From: Paragordius varius
Taxonomy: Eukaryota; Animalia; Nematomorpha
NCBI GenBank assembly: GCA_964247055.1
Contig: OZ176053.1
Location: forward strand, 1,736,001 to 1,800,000
Direction: 5' to 3'
Length of the DNA stretch: 64,000 nt
Shown: positions 36,016 through 49,800 of the stretch, piece by piece
Layout: each line of letters begins with the position of its first letter
Numbering within the stretch: position 1 is the first letter of the stretch
Notes under the pieces: generated by a model
What the model was told of the DNA's origin: nothing
Seen by the model: only the letters and a program-made list of their open reading frames with translations
Databases searched by the model: none
Position numbers and translations under genes: made by a program

Positions 36016-39000
36016 TTATCCGGTTTTCTCTACAAACAGTCCAATGATGATAAATGTTAATCTTTTATAAAAAATATGATAAAAAAAATTCAACAATATT
36101 TTTTGCGAAATTCATACACACACCGTGATTGCAATAGTTTTTATCGAAATTCTTCCCTGGTTTAAGATTTGATAAAAAATAATACGGTAAGAGATTAACA
36201 CACTTTAAATAAAACAAAATAATTTTTGTTTAATAATCTTTTAATCATCCGAAACGTTGAATAAGCCGAAATCTCCAATTTTGATAGCTTGGAAACAACT
36301 TATATATTATAATCAAAAGTTTATTTACGAATCATATTTCAAAACACGACCAAGTGCAAATTTTGACAGATTTCGTTATACCTATAATAGAGATTGCACA
36401 ACTAGTAAATATATAATATACACTTCTATCTAATTCACTCTTAAACAATTGAAAATCACCTCATAAATTATGTTTTTTTAATATTTAATATTACCTATAT
36501 TTATTTTACATTTTTTAAAAAATGAAATTTTGTTATTAAAATAAAACTGAAAAAATGTTAAACCAAGTCGTAAGGATATATTTCTTAATAATGAGCTATA
36601 TATTAGCCCGAAAACACATAATTTATTTTTAGGGTGACGAATTCGAATTGTTAGGGGTGAATTTGAATTGTGAATGGTAATTACGTATTCGGGGAAAATA
36701 TAATTCGCAATTCAATAGGTTGTTAACACAACTTTAGGAGTTCCTCGAAGATTGAAAATTTAGCCACCATGTAAATGACTAATTTAAAACCTTGCATGCC
36801 TCACTCTACGCTAATGACAGTTAATGTTACATACTTTTTGGCATTTCAAAACCAAATGCCAAAATATTTTCACACTCGTAATATCACTAACTTAATCTAT
36901 TTTTTATTTTATTTTTTTCCCCTTTTTTTTATTTCTAACATATACAGTAAAAATTGGAATTATACGGACAAAAAAGTAAAATATATGTACAAATACTGTT
37001 TGCTTAAAGTCAACCAATAAATTTATTTTTTTATATCTAACTAAAAATGAAATAGATATGTATAACAAATCAATTTTATATTTTACAGTGGTGTGTAAAT
37101 ATTATATATAAGAAAAATCATGGTTTAATAAGTATGGTTGTCTTTTGAAGAAATTTTGTCTTTATATTTTAACGTTTTGTCCGTATAATTTATTTACTGT
37201 TCATTGAAAAAAATATGTCATCACTAAAATGGCTAACGAATGAGCTATCAGCTTTTATTGGTTTTTGATTCACAATCTATCCTGGTAAGTAAGAGGACTC
37301 TAAAAACCCTTAAACACGTGTTTTCCATAAATTTACAAAATAGGAAATAGGCTGAACAAACTCCTGATAAAACAAGTATTGAAGTATTTATTGATTTTGC
37401 AATGAAATTTTGGTTACTAAAAGATTAAATTTATCTTTCTCTGTTTTCAATTTCTATGTTCGTTTCTTAAATCATTTCTATGCACATAAAATAATTATAA
37501 TTAGAATTCATATTTATAAATCGGTTGATTAGTTTGAATCAACAAAGTTGTACATACCTCCTACCACAGCGGCTTTAGAAAATGAAAAAAAAATATATTA
37601 GCCATAATAAATCAGTTTGAAAATTAATTATTTAAAAGGATTATACAGCAATTTTTTGTTCCGTTTTTTTGCATTCCAGACCCTAACTGTCGCCGCTTTC
37701 ATTGTAACCAATTAAAAATTTTACATGTTTATCAGGTTAAAATTAATAAAAAGTAATGATACAAATAAAATAAAACTTAAATTAAATTGTAAGTTTTTAT
37801 TTAATTTTAATTATATTAATATTAATAATTTTCAGGAACTAATATCTTGCTTGGTGTAGTTATAACATTTTGTGGCAATGATGATTGCATATTAAGAAGC
37901 AGTCAGACAGCCTAAGACCACACCCTACTTAAGTTGGGTGGTAGTCACATGTAGTCATTGTATCATTAACACATTTTACTGATATATACGGAAAATTCCT
38001 ATCAAAATTGTATATATAGCTATTCCTGCCCAACATCTTTATATATTTCATTAACAAAGAGAGACGCTCTAAAATAAATATTTAACAATTATAATCAATC
38101 GATAGCACTATTTATATTTAAAATGGTAGATTTCTATCTTTTTAAAAACACTAAGCGTATGGTGTGGATTATCACTCCATATAAAATTTATTTAAGCGTT
38201 AAAATAAATATGAAAAAATACCATCCGCAACTATATGATATAAATAATAATATATTAATTCAGATTGTCCAATGATCGAAAATAATGTAATAACTAATAT
38301 AATTTTGCAAATTTTAACTATGTTCTTTTAGATCTTAAATACATTATAGGATCTACCTTGTTGATTAAATTAACGGTTTTTATGGGTTAAAAAAGTTTTA
38401 GTTGTCCAGTTTTATTATACCATTTTCAGTCAAAAGCAACATGTCATTCAATCGCAATATTTTTTCATTCAAACACACTTTTTCATCTATACGTAACATT
38501 TTTTCATCCAGTGTTGTTGGGTGAAAAATGTTGCGTTTGGATGAAAAAGTGTGTTTGAATGAAAATATGCTGCATTTGCTTGAAAAATATTGCATTTGAT
38601 CGCAAAAACATTGTGTTTGCATAAAAAAATATTGCGTTTGGTTGAAAAATGTTGCTTTTGACTGAAAAATGGTTCTAAAATAATTACAATTCCCTACTGC
38701 GTTTCATCAGCAGCAATTCATCAATAAATTAGTACAAATTCACCTTTTTTATAAATATTTTAACAAGCCTTATTAACTTTTTGTAAATAATTTTTAAAAC
38801 GACTCATTTAAGCGCATTACACCCCATATTTAATTTAAAAAAGCTTGTTGTCAATTGAATGTAAAGAAATTATATAATTAAAATTAGATTTAAATTTAAC
38901 AGTGACATTAAATTATACGCTACTTATAATGGAAGAGACAAAAATTTACCTTCACAAATTACCCCTAAGATAAATTATGTGTTTTTTAGGATCAAAAATA

Positions 39001-40781
39001 ACCTATATTTTTATTATATTTTAAAAAAAATAAAATTTTGTTTAAAATAAAATAAATACTAAAAAAATAGTAATAAACTCAGAGCTTCTTAAACTATGGG
39101 TTGCTACCCCATTTGGGGTCGCGAGTGTTAAAAATACAATTTAACAAAAAATGTTTTTTAACTTGTAAAATTATTATTATAATGAAAAATAAAAATCGTA
39201 GTAAATATATCATAAAATCTTCTGGTTCGGAAAGACTGTTTATACCAAAATTTCTATTGCGATCATTATATTCTATATGTTTATAAAAATGGAAAATGCT
39301 GGCTTTGTGATCTGTTTCCGGAAAACCGGTGGACCCATTCATATCCAAATGTCAAAAAATTATAATCCTTAATGAATGCTCGACAAAAGCTTCGCCCTTT
39401 TTGGAATTAGGCCCCCAGTTCGGGCCCAACCCGCGTAAAAAACGGGTTTTTTTCGAAAACACAAGTCCAAAATCGTTTTGAGGCATTTTTCCGGAAAACG
39501 TGTTGGTCGATTTTAAATATGATTTTTTTTACTTTTTCCGATTGCGCCGAACATATTCGGCTTACTTTTTAAACTTAGACTCTCTTTTTAGCTATCCCCG
39601 TAAAATGCCATTTTTATTCAAAAAAAACAAATAATTTTTTGCCCAGGGTATGAGACCGTTAAAGTTCAATGAGCATTACAGGTATTACCTGTTAAAAGGC
39701 AAAATTTTAGTCTTGTGTTTTTTTAATATTGGCTGCCGGGTAAACATATAACCGCTAAAATATATAGAAATTGCGTTGTTTTGGAGCTAATTTACAGATA
39801 TGAAGCCATATGAGCTCATTAAAAGCTTGAAATATTCCCCGTCACTAGGTAAAAATTAAGGTCGAGCTTTTTTTTATTAGCCGTTAATTTGGGTCCTTTA
39901 TGCCCTAAAAATACGCCATCATATAACGATTATTTAATGTTGAGGTATTTTTTCGAATAACCCATGAGACGATGGTATCAAAGATGATTCCAAATATTTG
40001 CCTTATAAAGGGAAAAAATTTAACTCAGGGCTGGGTAGAAAACTACCGGCTTAAAACTGAGACGCCATACAAAAATGGCAGAGTTCTGAAACTAATTTTC
40101 AAAAAACCTAAGACGCCATACGAGTTCAGTTAAACACATTTCTGGGGATTTGTATAATTTTAAAAAGATACCACAAATGATTTACTTTTTATATCCCTTG
40201 ATCCCAGCTGTGTTAACACAATTTGAAAATAGAATTTTAACCATGATTTCGTAAAACGAAAACCTTAAAATCCAATGGTTGATAAACTTTAATAAGGGAC
40301 GGTTTAAATATGGTCTTTTGACTAAAAAATATTTGAGCCTATGCAAAAACCCGTAAAAGAATAATTAAAGACATTCTTTTTATTAACCATGTTTTTTATT
40401 ATTTTTTATCTCCATTACTCTATTTATTGCAAATTATTAACAATAATTATCGGTGAGACTACGTCACAACGAAGCGTGACAGGATCAGCTAGTATCTTGT
40501 ATTTTACTATGAATCAAAAAATGTTATAGAATTTTTGTCAATCTCTTATAACCAAAATAATCCTGATATATATTATCAACAAAATTTCTAAGTCATTTTT
40601 CGAAGAAACTATTATTTTTCTTTTATATTTGTTGGGGTCGTTAAGAAACTCGCAATCATAAATGGGGTCGGGAACTACAAAAGTTTTAGAAGCCCTGAAC
40701 TATGACTTAAAGATATATTAATATGGGTTATTTTAGCCCGAAAACACATAATTTATTTTTAGGGTGAATTTGAATTGCAAA

Positions 40782-40823
<42 letters not shown>

Positions 40824-43800
40824 GCTGTGTGCTAAAAAGAGGGTCATTTTTATTTAACAAAAAAATTTTTTTTAATGAGATAGCTGATGACCAACGTATT
40901 CATTTGCCGCAAAAATTTTTATATGTTGACAAATCGTTTATTATCATTTTAGGAGATATTTTCAATATATAAATAGCCTAAAATATAGTTAGGGTTTCTA
41001 TAAAATTTCAGGTCAAAAGATGGCGTTTTTCTTTATTACACTTAAAAGACAAAAAAAATTAATGAAACTATATTAAAATATTTTTTCTAAATTATTTACC
41101 ACCTAAACTTATTAAAATCTTAACATTAATATTTGATTCGGAAATAAAACTTTTATATCATGAAACCAAAAATATTGTTTATTTTTTCATTTTTTTGTCA
41201 TCTGGTTTATAAGTGTATAAAAAATTTATACTGTTTTATTTTGGATTCTTACATGATTAGGAATTATTAAGTATATAATTAATGCACAATAGGATTGAAA
41301 ATTAGTGGTAAATCAACCAACAATCCGTACAAATCCCAATACAAATATTAATTTGTCATAAAACAGACTTGTTAGAGGAAATTGTAAGGATTTTTGGGTT
41401 GATATTCCACTACTTTTAAATTTTATTTTGCATAAATTATATACTTAATAATTCCTAATCATGTGAGAATCCAAAATAAAACAGTATAAATTTATACACT
41501 CATAAACCAAATGCAAAAATAAAAAACAATATTTTTGGTTTTATTTTGATATAGAAGTTTATTTTACTTAATATAATATAGATGTTAAGATTTTAATAGT
41601 GAGTTTAGCTAATAAATATTTAAAAAAAAATTATTAATATAGTTTTATAAAAAATAATTATCTTGTAAGTGTGTTAAAAGAAAAACGCCATCCTTTGAGT
41701 TGAAATTTTATAGAAACCCAAACTATATGATTTTTGGCTATTTATATATTGAAAATATCTCCTAAAATGATAATAAACAATGATATTTCAAATTTTATCA
41801 TTATTTTTTGAATTGTCCTTAATTATCCTTAATTACTTTTTGCCCAATTTCGATTTTCTCTCAATATTTCAAAAACTAGGTTGTCAACAAATAAAAATTT
41901 TTGCGGCAAATGAATACGCTGGTCATAAGCTATCTCATGAAATTTTTCGTTAAAAATTTTTTTTGCACACAGTGTAATATGGGTACGCGGATACAGTATA
42001 AGCCTATTATCAAAAAATTATTTTTACATATATTTTATGATTTTTTTAGGATTAATATGCATAAAAAATTTGTTGGACGATTACAAAGACTTCAATATGT
42101 TATGAAATAACATTCCTAAATGATATTTACTAATATATATTTTCTTAATGCTACCGATCGGGTTCCAAAATTTTAAAAAGAGGTTTTATTGTTTTATTGT
42201 CACGGAACCATTTTTTTAATATAAAAAATTAATCGATTTAAACAAAACATATTAAATAAAAGTTTTACTGAGGAATGCAGAAACCATTACTTCCGCTATA
42301 CTCGCTCCTAAGTATATATGAAATATATGTTTAAATATAAAAATTATTGAAATATAATTCTAATAACTTCAAATTATACCCTAAATATTCGAATTGACTG
42401 ACCTTTTAACGAATTCGCGCTAAGCAAATATTTTGTCCTATTTTCCTAGTCTTTTTTGTTAAATATATATTTTTCAAATATGAAAAATACAGTTTCTGAT
42501 TGATTTTAGTGATTTGTTGAAAATTTATTTAAAGTTATTTAACCAAGGCACCTAAATTCAAACAATACCATATTTTATGAAATATATAGAGTTGAAAAAA
42601 GGCTCTAAAACCCAATCGGGATTTTTTAGCCTCCGAAATGCAATGGAGTGTAAATGTTAAAGGGAGGATATAAAAATATTTAAGGGCGAGTATAAATTTT
42701 AAATATTATTATGTTGATACCTTCGGCCGCTATTTCAAATAAAAATAATTATTAAATGATTTTTATATATTTACAATGATATAAAAAGCATTTCATCTTA
42801 CTAGCACTGGCAGCAGCTCCTCCAGCTTAAATTTTCCAAAAAAAAAAACAAGAAAATTTGTTTATACTTCATAATTTTTTGAAATTAAAGAATTGAACCA
42901 TATTACCTGCTATTCCTTCTCCAACCTCAACTGTTAGATAAATATTAAATGGCAAATTTAACAAAAACTTTTAAGATAATATTCTTTGGAATGGTGAAAG
43001 AATTAATTTTACCCGAAGCTCCGGCTGTTTCATAATATTAATAGAAAATATTCAAAAAAACAGTTAACACCAAAATTGAATTCCAAATAAAATTTGTCAA
43101 AAACCTGCTATAACGCCACCCTCAGCAGCAGTACCTATAATAATGAAAATAGGTAAAATAATTTTTTAATTCTACCCATTTAATATTTACGTATACCATA
43201 GAATTTTAGATTTATAAAATACGATCTCAAACATTTTGCCGCCAAATCTCAATTGGCTCATAACTCAAACACTATTTTTTTGTATGGTCTAATTATCTTC
43301 TAGATAAATATTTTAACAAAAAACAACTTTTAATATTTTTCCATCGAATTTCGCTTAAGTATATCCAGTTAGGTCTTTTGATAACAATTAATCTTCAAGT
43401 AGGAAATAAATTAACTTTTTGTCCTATTCAAATATCATTAAAGACATTTTTTGTTAGAAGTAGTTGATTACAACTAGGCCTACTTTAAATTTGACGGTCA
43501 TATGTGTTTGATTGCAATCCAAAAACTAATTATTATTAATAAAGGACGTTGCGTAAAACAAATACAAAACATTGGTTATAATACTAAGAGATATTTGAAG
43601 ATCATTTTTGTTTAAGATACGTTAACTACCTGATACAGCTCCCGCAATGGCTATCAAAATAAGTAGAATAAGTTTAATATTTAAAGACTATTCATTTTTA
43701 AAAATATGCATTAAGATTGTTTATATGATAAAAATTAATTAACCAATATCTCCGACTTCTGCCGTTTCTAATCCTATTTCAGTTGCATCTAATTAAATTG

Positions 43801-46800
43801 TATATAGTATTAATGGTTGCCCAATATTACATTTAAATTATATAGAAAAATGTATCAGGAATCTCATGGAGCTTTAGGTTTTGGGGCATACGAATGATAT
43901 AAAAAAATTATTTATTCTTTTGTGGTAGGTAATCCATATCAGAAAATGCCAAATTTAAGCATATATTTTGCATACCATTTACAGTTTAAATTCACCCTAA
44001 TTGAAATTCACCCTAAAATAAATTGTGTGTATTTTAAGATTAAAAATTACTTTATTTTAAAATATTCAATACGAAATTCTGGTTTATTAATATAATGCTG
44101 AAATTATATACTCTGTTTTAAAAATATATTTTTTATTTATGATCTATATTATCCTTAAAACACATATTTTATTTTTAGGGTGAATTTAATTGTTCCAGGG
44201 TGAATTTGAATTCTTAAAGGGTGTATTTGAATTGGGATTGGATTGTTTTGATGGAACTTGATGGAAACGGTATAATGCTTTCATAAAAACCTTTTTTCCA
44301 ATTAATTTGATAATGCTGAACATTTCATCACCTCAGGGTTTCGATTAACATTTTTTAAATTTATGATAAATATAAATTGTGTTTTTATATCAAAATTCAC
44401 CAAAATTGATAGTAAATGAACCTTTAAATAAAAATTCTGAAGCGGCATCATTAAATTATATAGAAAAATCTAAAAACGTTTTATATCATTTTTATTGAAA
44501 ATTAATAGGACGTACGCTTCAACAAAATTTTGCTAAAAATTGAATTTTTCTAAAATGTATTATTTAAAAATATTTTTTTGTATTGTCAAAATTTAGCATA
44601 TATATTAAAATTTTTATTGCATAATTCCGGCATTTTTGCGTCTATTTTAAAAGAACTAGTCGGTGTAATAGAGTAAAAAAATTGGGACTTTTGGAGCCCA
44701 CATCTAAAAATATATTAAAAAAATATTGTTTTGCTCTTTCCACTTTTTGTGATATATTTTGGTGATATTTTTTGGAATGACGCATTTATTCGTTAAAAAA
44801 TTTATTATAAAAAATGTGATCAAATTTTTCCATTTTCTCATATGGAGCACTTAGCACAAGGTTTTTAATAACTTTTTATATCACTCGTAAGGACCAAAAT
44901 CAAAACTACCATGATAATACTGATACATTTTTATCAAGATATTTTTTGACCCCCGATTTTGTACACTCTGTTATACAGAGTTTATATGCAAATTGCCCTT
45001 CCATAAAATAATTTGATACTTTGGAAAAACATTTTTTAATAATATGTGCATCCCACACGGATTATTTTTTTAATAAATTCTTCATCTCAAAGATATTTAT
45101 TCAATTTCAATGGTAAAACTGGCTCTTTAAAAGATCCTAATGTTAAACAACAAATGATTATATAGCTTCAATGTTTTTTTTTGAAAAAATTAGTACTGAT
45201 TTATGTTTGCATGCAAAAGAAATAACTACTTAAGTTTAGTTTAATTGGATCCAAGTTGTCATTATTATTTTAAATAAAACATAAAGTATAAAATTATGTT
45301 TTAGTTATTTTATTTTTTAATATTATTTTGTAACATGGACCTTTTATTAAAACGTCGACCAAATGATAATCCGCTAATTGGCGTATTTAAGTATCGCATT
45401 TATTTATTTATTTCAAATCCCTCATTTGTTTTTCTTTTGCCCAAAAAATGTAAACAGCCAACAAATAAATATATATTAAATAGTAACAATTAAAACGCAA
45501 ACCACCCACCAATATTAAATAATAATTTTACCCCCATCTTAAATTTGGATTTTAATTATTTATACTTTTCACAAGCAAATTTTTTGGATTATTATTATAC
45601 AATCATGATATAGGGTCGTATAAGTGACAAAGTCATTTCAGTGAATGACTCGGCTCAACTCACTTAAGTTTAGTGGATTTAATCTGCAATTTTTTATGGT
45701 TATATGAGATGAAACTATCATACTAATGGCTAAATTTTTTTATGTAACTCCACAATTAGGAGGAATACATAGATTTTATAATGTGTATTATCAACTGGAT
45801 TAATGATTGATTCAAGTGGTCAAACTTGAGTCAAGGCTTATTTGCATAACCTTAAATTTAAAGTTTAAAGTGATAAAATTAATAATTTACCCATTATAAG
45901 ATATAATTAATGAAAATTTTAACTACTATAAAAATTATATAATAACAAAATATTTGTTTAGATTCAATTTTAAAAATATTATCGCATTTTAACCAAAATC
46001 ATTATAAAAATAAATAAATCATAAATAATACCGATGTTGGCTAGTCGTAAGGAAAAAATATATTTTATTAAATGTGTAAAAACTTTACAAATGATTATAT
46101 TAAGATAAAAAATGGGTTGGTCAATAGCCAGGCCATTAAAAATGTTAAAACAATCTTGAAATGCTTAATGTGGAAATGTTAAATCTAAAGCTTTTTATTA
46201 CATATTTTACATTATATACATTAAGTGTGAGAAAGTTATTTTTTCTTCATTTCGTATTTTTATGGAAATTCCATAATCCGAAAATGCTAACGTTGCATAT
46301 TAAATTATTTCAAACACTGATTTTAATGCACCTAGCGGTAAGATCTTCGTTATAATTTTTTTAAAGAAATTGGCTAAACCTTTGCATATAAATGGATAAG
46401 AGTATAATAGATATATTTTCAAATGTAGGTTTTAAAAAGCATTAACATTTATGAAGGAATGCGCCCTAAATTTTATCAAAGAAACAGTCTATAAAATTTC
46501 ATTGAAATTGATTATATAGTTAAAAGCATATGGCCAGAAATTTCTATTTATCCCAATTTGTACCAAAAAAGTTAATTTTACCTAAAATCTCCGCGTCTTG
46601 TACTATTTTAAAAATGATAATAAAAAAGAAAATTATTAATATTTTATTTAAACTCTTACTTGCAGCAACGACATTTTCTACCAATGTAATAATTATATAT
46701 AAAAAATTTATAACTAAATTGATTTGAGAATTTTTAAAAAAGTTGAAAGAAAACCTGCAGAATTTCCTGCCGTACTTAGCACAACATGTGCTAAAATTAA

Positions 46801-49800
46801 AGTGGAATAAATTAGATTTTATGTAAAATGTCACAAATAATTTTTTCAGGTTTGATAATACCAGCTTGTCCAGCATCTTCTAAACCAATACCCTCAGCCG
46901 TATGAAGTAATGCTAAATTTTTTTAATTATTTCTGAAAAAATTACCCTCGTATTCAGCAGCTAAATGATGCAAGAAGAGTCAAAAATTATTAATATTTAC
47001 CATTTGGACTTCAAGAGTGTCCTTGACACTTCAAGTGGGTCCTTGAACATATCAAGTTGGTCCTTAAACGCTTCTTGCTTGATCAAGTTGGTCCTTGAAC
47101 ATTTCAAGTTGGTCCTTAAAATCTTAAGTTTAGATTTAACCATAATTTTTGCATGTATTTTTTTATTTTTTTATTTAATTATTTTTTAATCTATTTTTAT
47201 TTATTTATTATATATTTATACATTCAAAAATTAAAAATTATATTCAAAAACCACGTTTTTGTTTCAAACTATTTTTCCATTACAAACATTAAATTTTAAA
47301 TATCAATGATATGTAAATAATAACCCAGAAAATTTAATTTTTTTTAATACTTAAATTCTTATAAATATCCAAAATAATTTTAAGAAATCAAATATATACG
47401 GTTTCTGAATGTTTAAAAGTTGATATTGATTTGAATTCTGTTAAATAATAGAAAATAGGTTTAAAATGATAAAATAGATGAATGATATACGATTTGATTG
47501 ATAAAAGTTACAAAAAAGTCAAAGGACCAACTTGAAGTGTTTAAGGACACTCTTGACTTGCAAATGGTATACATAGTATGAAAAAGTATAAAAGCTAGTT
47601 TTTCATTCATAATGCCAGTTAGCATAAAGAAAATTATTATTGGGTAATAATAGTTAATGATAAATTTAACCCTAAATCAATAATATTTCCCTTATTTCAT
47701 CTGTCAATTATTAATGTAGAACTAGCAATTGTATATACCAGTTCCCAGTCTAAATAAACGTTTTCCAAGTCAATCGAAACATTTTCCCAGTCAATCAAAA
47801 CGTTTTCCCAGTCAATCGAAACATTTTCCCAGTCAATAAAAACATTTTCCCAATCAATAAAAACGTTTTCCCAGTCAATAAAAACGGGACAAACTTTTAA
47901 CCATTATCAGCGTAATATTAGGATATTATTTTTTATAAAAAAAAACAATTATTGAATGACAATTTTCCAATTATCTTCCATACCTAATCATTAATGGCTT
48001 ATTCTTTAAAAGTTATATTATTGGAATTAGAGATGAAGATAATATTTTTTTATTGATGGCATTATTTGCGGCTAACTTACAAAATCTATAGTTACGGATA
48101 TATTTTTATAAATAATATACCATTTTTATCTCAATTATTTAGCACGTCATATTGGATCTCAAACATAAATTTTACCCTAATTTTATAACATTTGTTATTT
48201 GGTTTTCGGGTGCCTAACGCGGCTTGCCGAGTATCTTTGTGCGGCCCACTAAAAATTTAGAAATCCATATGCAAAAATATGCCCACAAAATCTTAGTAAT
48301 ATTCATATTTCTAACGCAATTACTGTGAATGAGTCTATTAAATTGGTAACAAATTAAAAAAAAATTGTTGAATTTTTGTATTTTACAGTCTTATGTCTAA
48401 TCGAAAAATTATTTATGAAATATATCGGATGCGGAACGCCGTGCTTTTTGAGTATGCCGGCGAAGCCATTTGGTTAGACACCCCTGATTTAATCAAATAT
48501 CTTATTAAATATTTTTAAATTTAGATACTTTTTCTGACGGTATTCTTATGGAAAAACTTGTCATGTTTAAAAAGTGTTTTGAAGGGTTCGGCATATAGTA
48601 ATGCGAACCATCAATAAAATAAAAAATATTATCTTAAAAACATCTCAGATTACAAAAGATATAACTTTGAAAGAATAAGTTTGATTGTCCACTGGAATAT
48701 ACTTGGAAAATTATTCAATAATTGTTTTTTCATGAAAAATAATATCCTAATATTACGCTGATAATGGTTCAAAGTTATTTTTATGTCTTGTTTTGATATT
48801 TATCATCAAAAATAAAACTGTTTTTATTGACTGGGAAAACGTTTTTATTGATTGGGAAAATGTTTTTATTGACTGGGAAAATGTTTCGATTGACTGGGAA
48901 AACGTTTCGATTGACTTGGAAATTGTTTCGATTGACTGGGAAAACGTTTCGATTGACTGGGAAAACGTTTCTTTAGACTGGGAAATGGTATACATACTTG
49001 TACTGTACATAAAATGATTTTTGTAAAATTACCCAATGTGTCTTCAATGTTTGCTAGAATACATATAGATATTACATATATATAGTCGTAGCTTGCATTT
49101 CCAGCACCTACAAGAATCCGTGATGCGCCCCCTCCCTCCATGCCACCCCCAAAAAAATTAACCTGTATGACGACTCATAAACGGGTAATTTTTTTATGTA
49201 TTATTTGAAATAATAACTTTTAAATACATATTTTTATGGAAATAAAATTTAAGTATATCAAAATTTGGCCCCCCATTTAACTATGGCGCCCGGGGCATAC
49301 CTTTCCTCGCCCGAAGCTACGCTGATATTTGTAACTTAATTTTTTAATCACTCAATTTTTCATAACATATATTTAAGGTTTGTATTGATCATTGAAATAT
49401 TTATCTTATCCATTTACACCCAAATCATCCTACTACTCATTCTTTGCAGTTTTATGGATAGGAATAGGAATTTTATCCGCCAATTAAATGTTAGAAAAAA
49501 AATATTAAATTAAAGAGAAATTATTATATTATGAACTTATACAGGCAAACTGATCTAATATAATGAATGATATGATATTTTTATTACAGTTATATAATGC
49601 ATTTCAAACTGCCTTTCGAGAACCTTATCTGTTCCTAGTGGCCTTTGTGCATTTATTTGGTCGAAAGGAATAACAAAAAATAAAGTAATTTTAAAACTAA
49701 GTTAGAACCAAAGACTTCTAAGTTATATTTAAGCAATAGATATCATATAATAACACAGAGCTTTTCCTATTAATATTTAAAAAATATAAATAATAAGGTA

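Noticed and set aside
36241-36298. IKIGDFGL, resembling a protein-kinase DFG motif
   Set aside because: Only 18 codons followed by a stop, with no other kinase subdomains upstream; treated as one candidate terminal exon.
49093-49107. Extra micro-exon candidate GAGNA(T)
   Set aside because: Composition fits the array, but it needs a weak GC donor and its acceptor abuts a MITE end; not counted among the 16.
48753-49141. ORFs with IDWENVF / SQSIETF repeats
   Set aside because: Translations of the family C 21-bp array.
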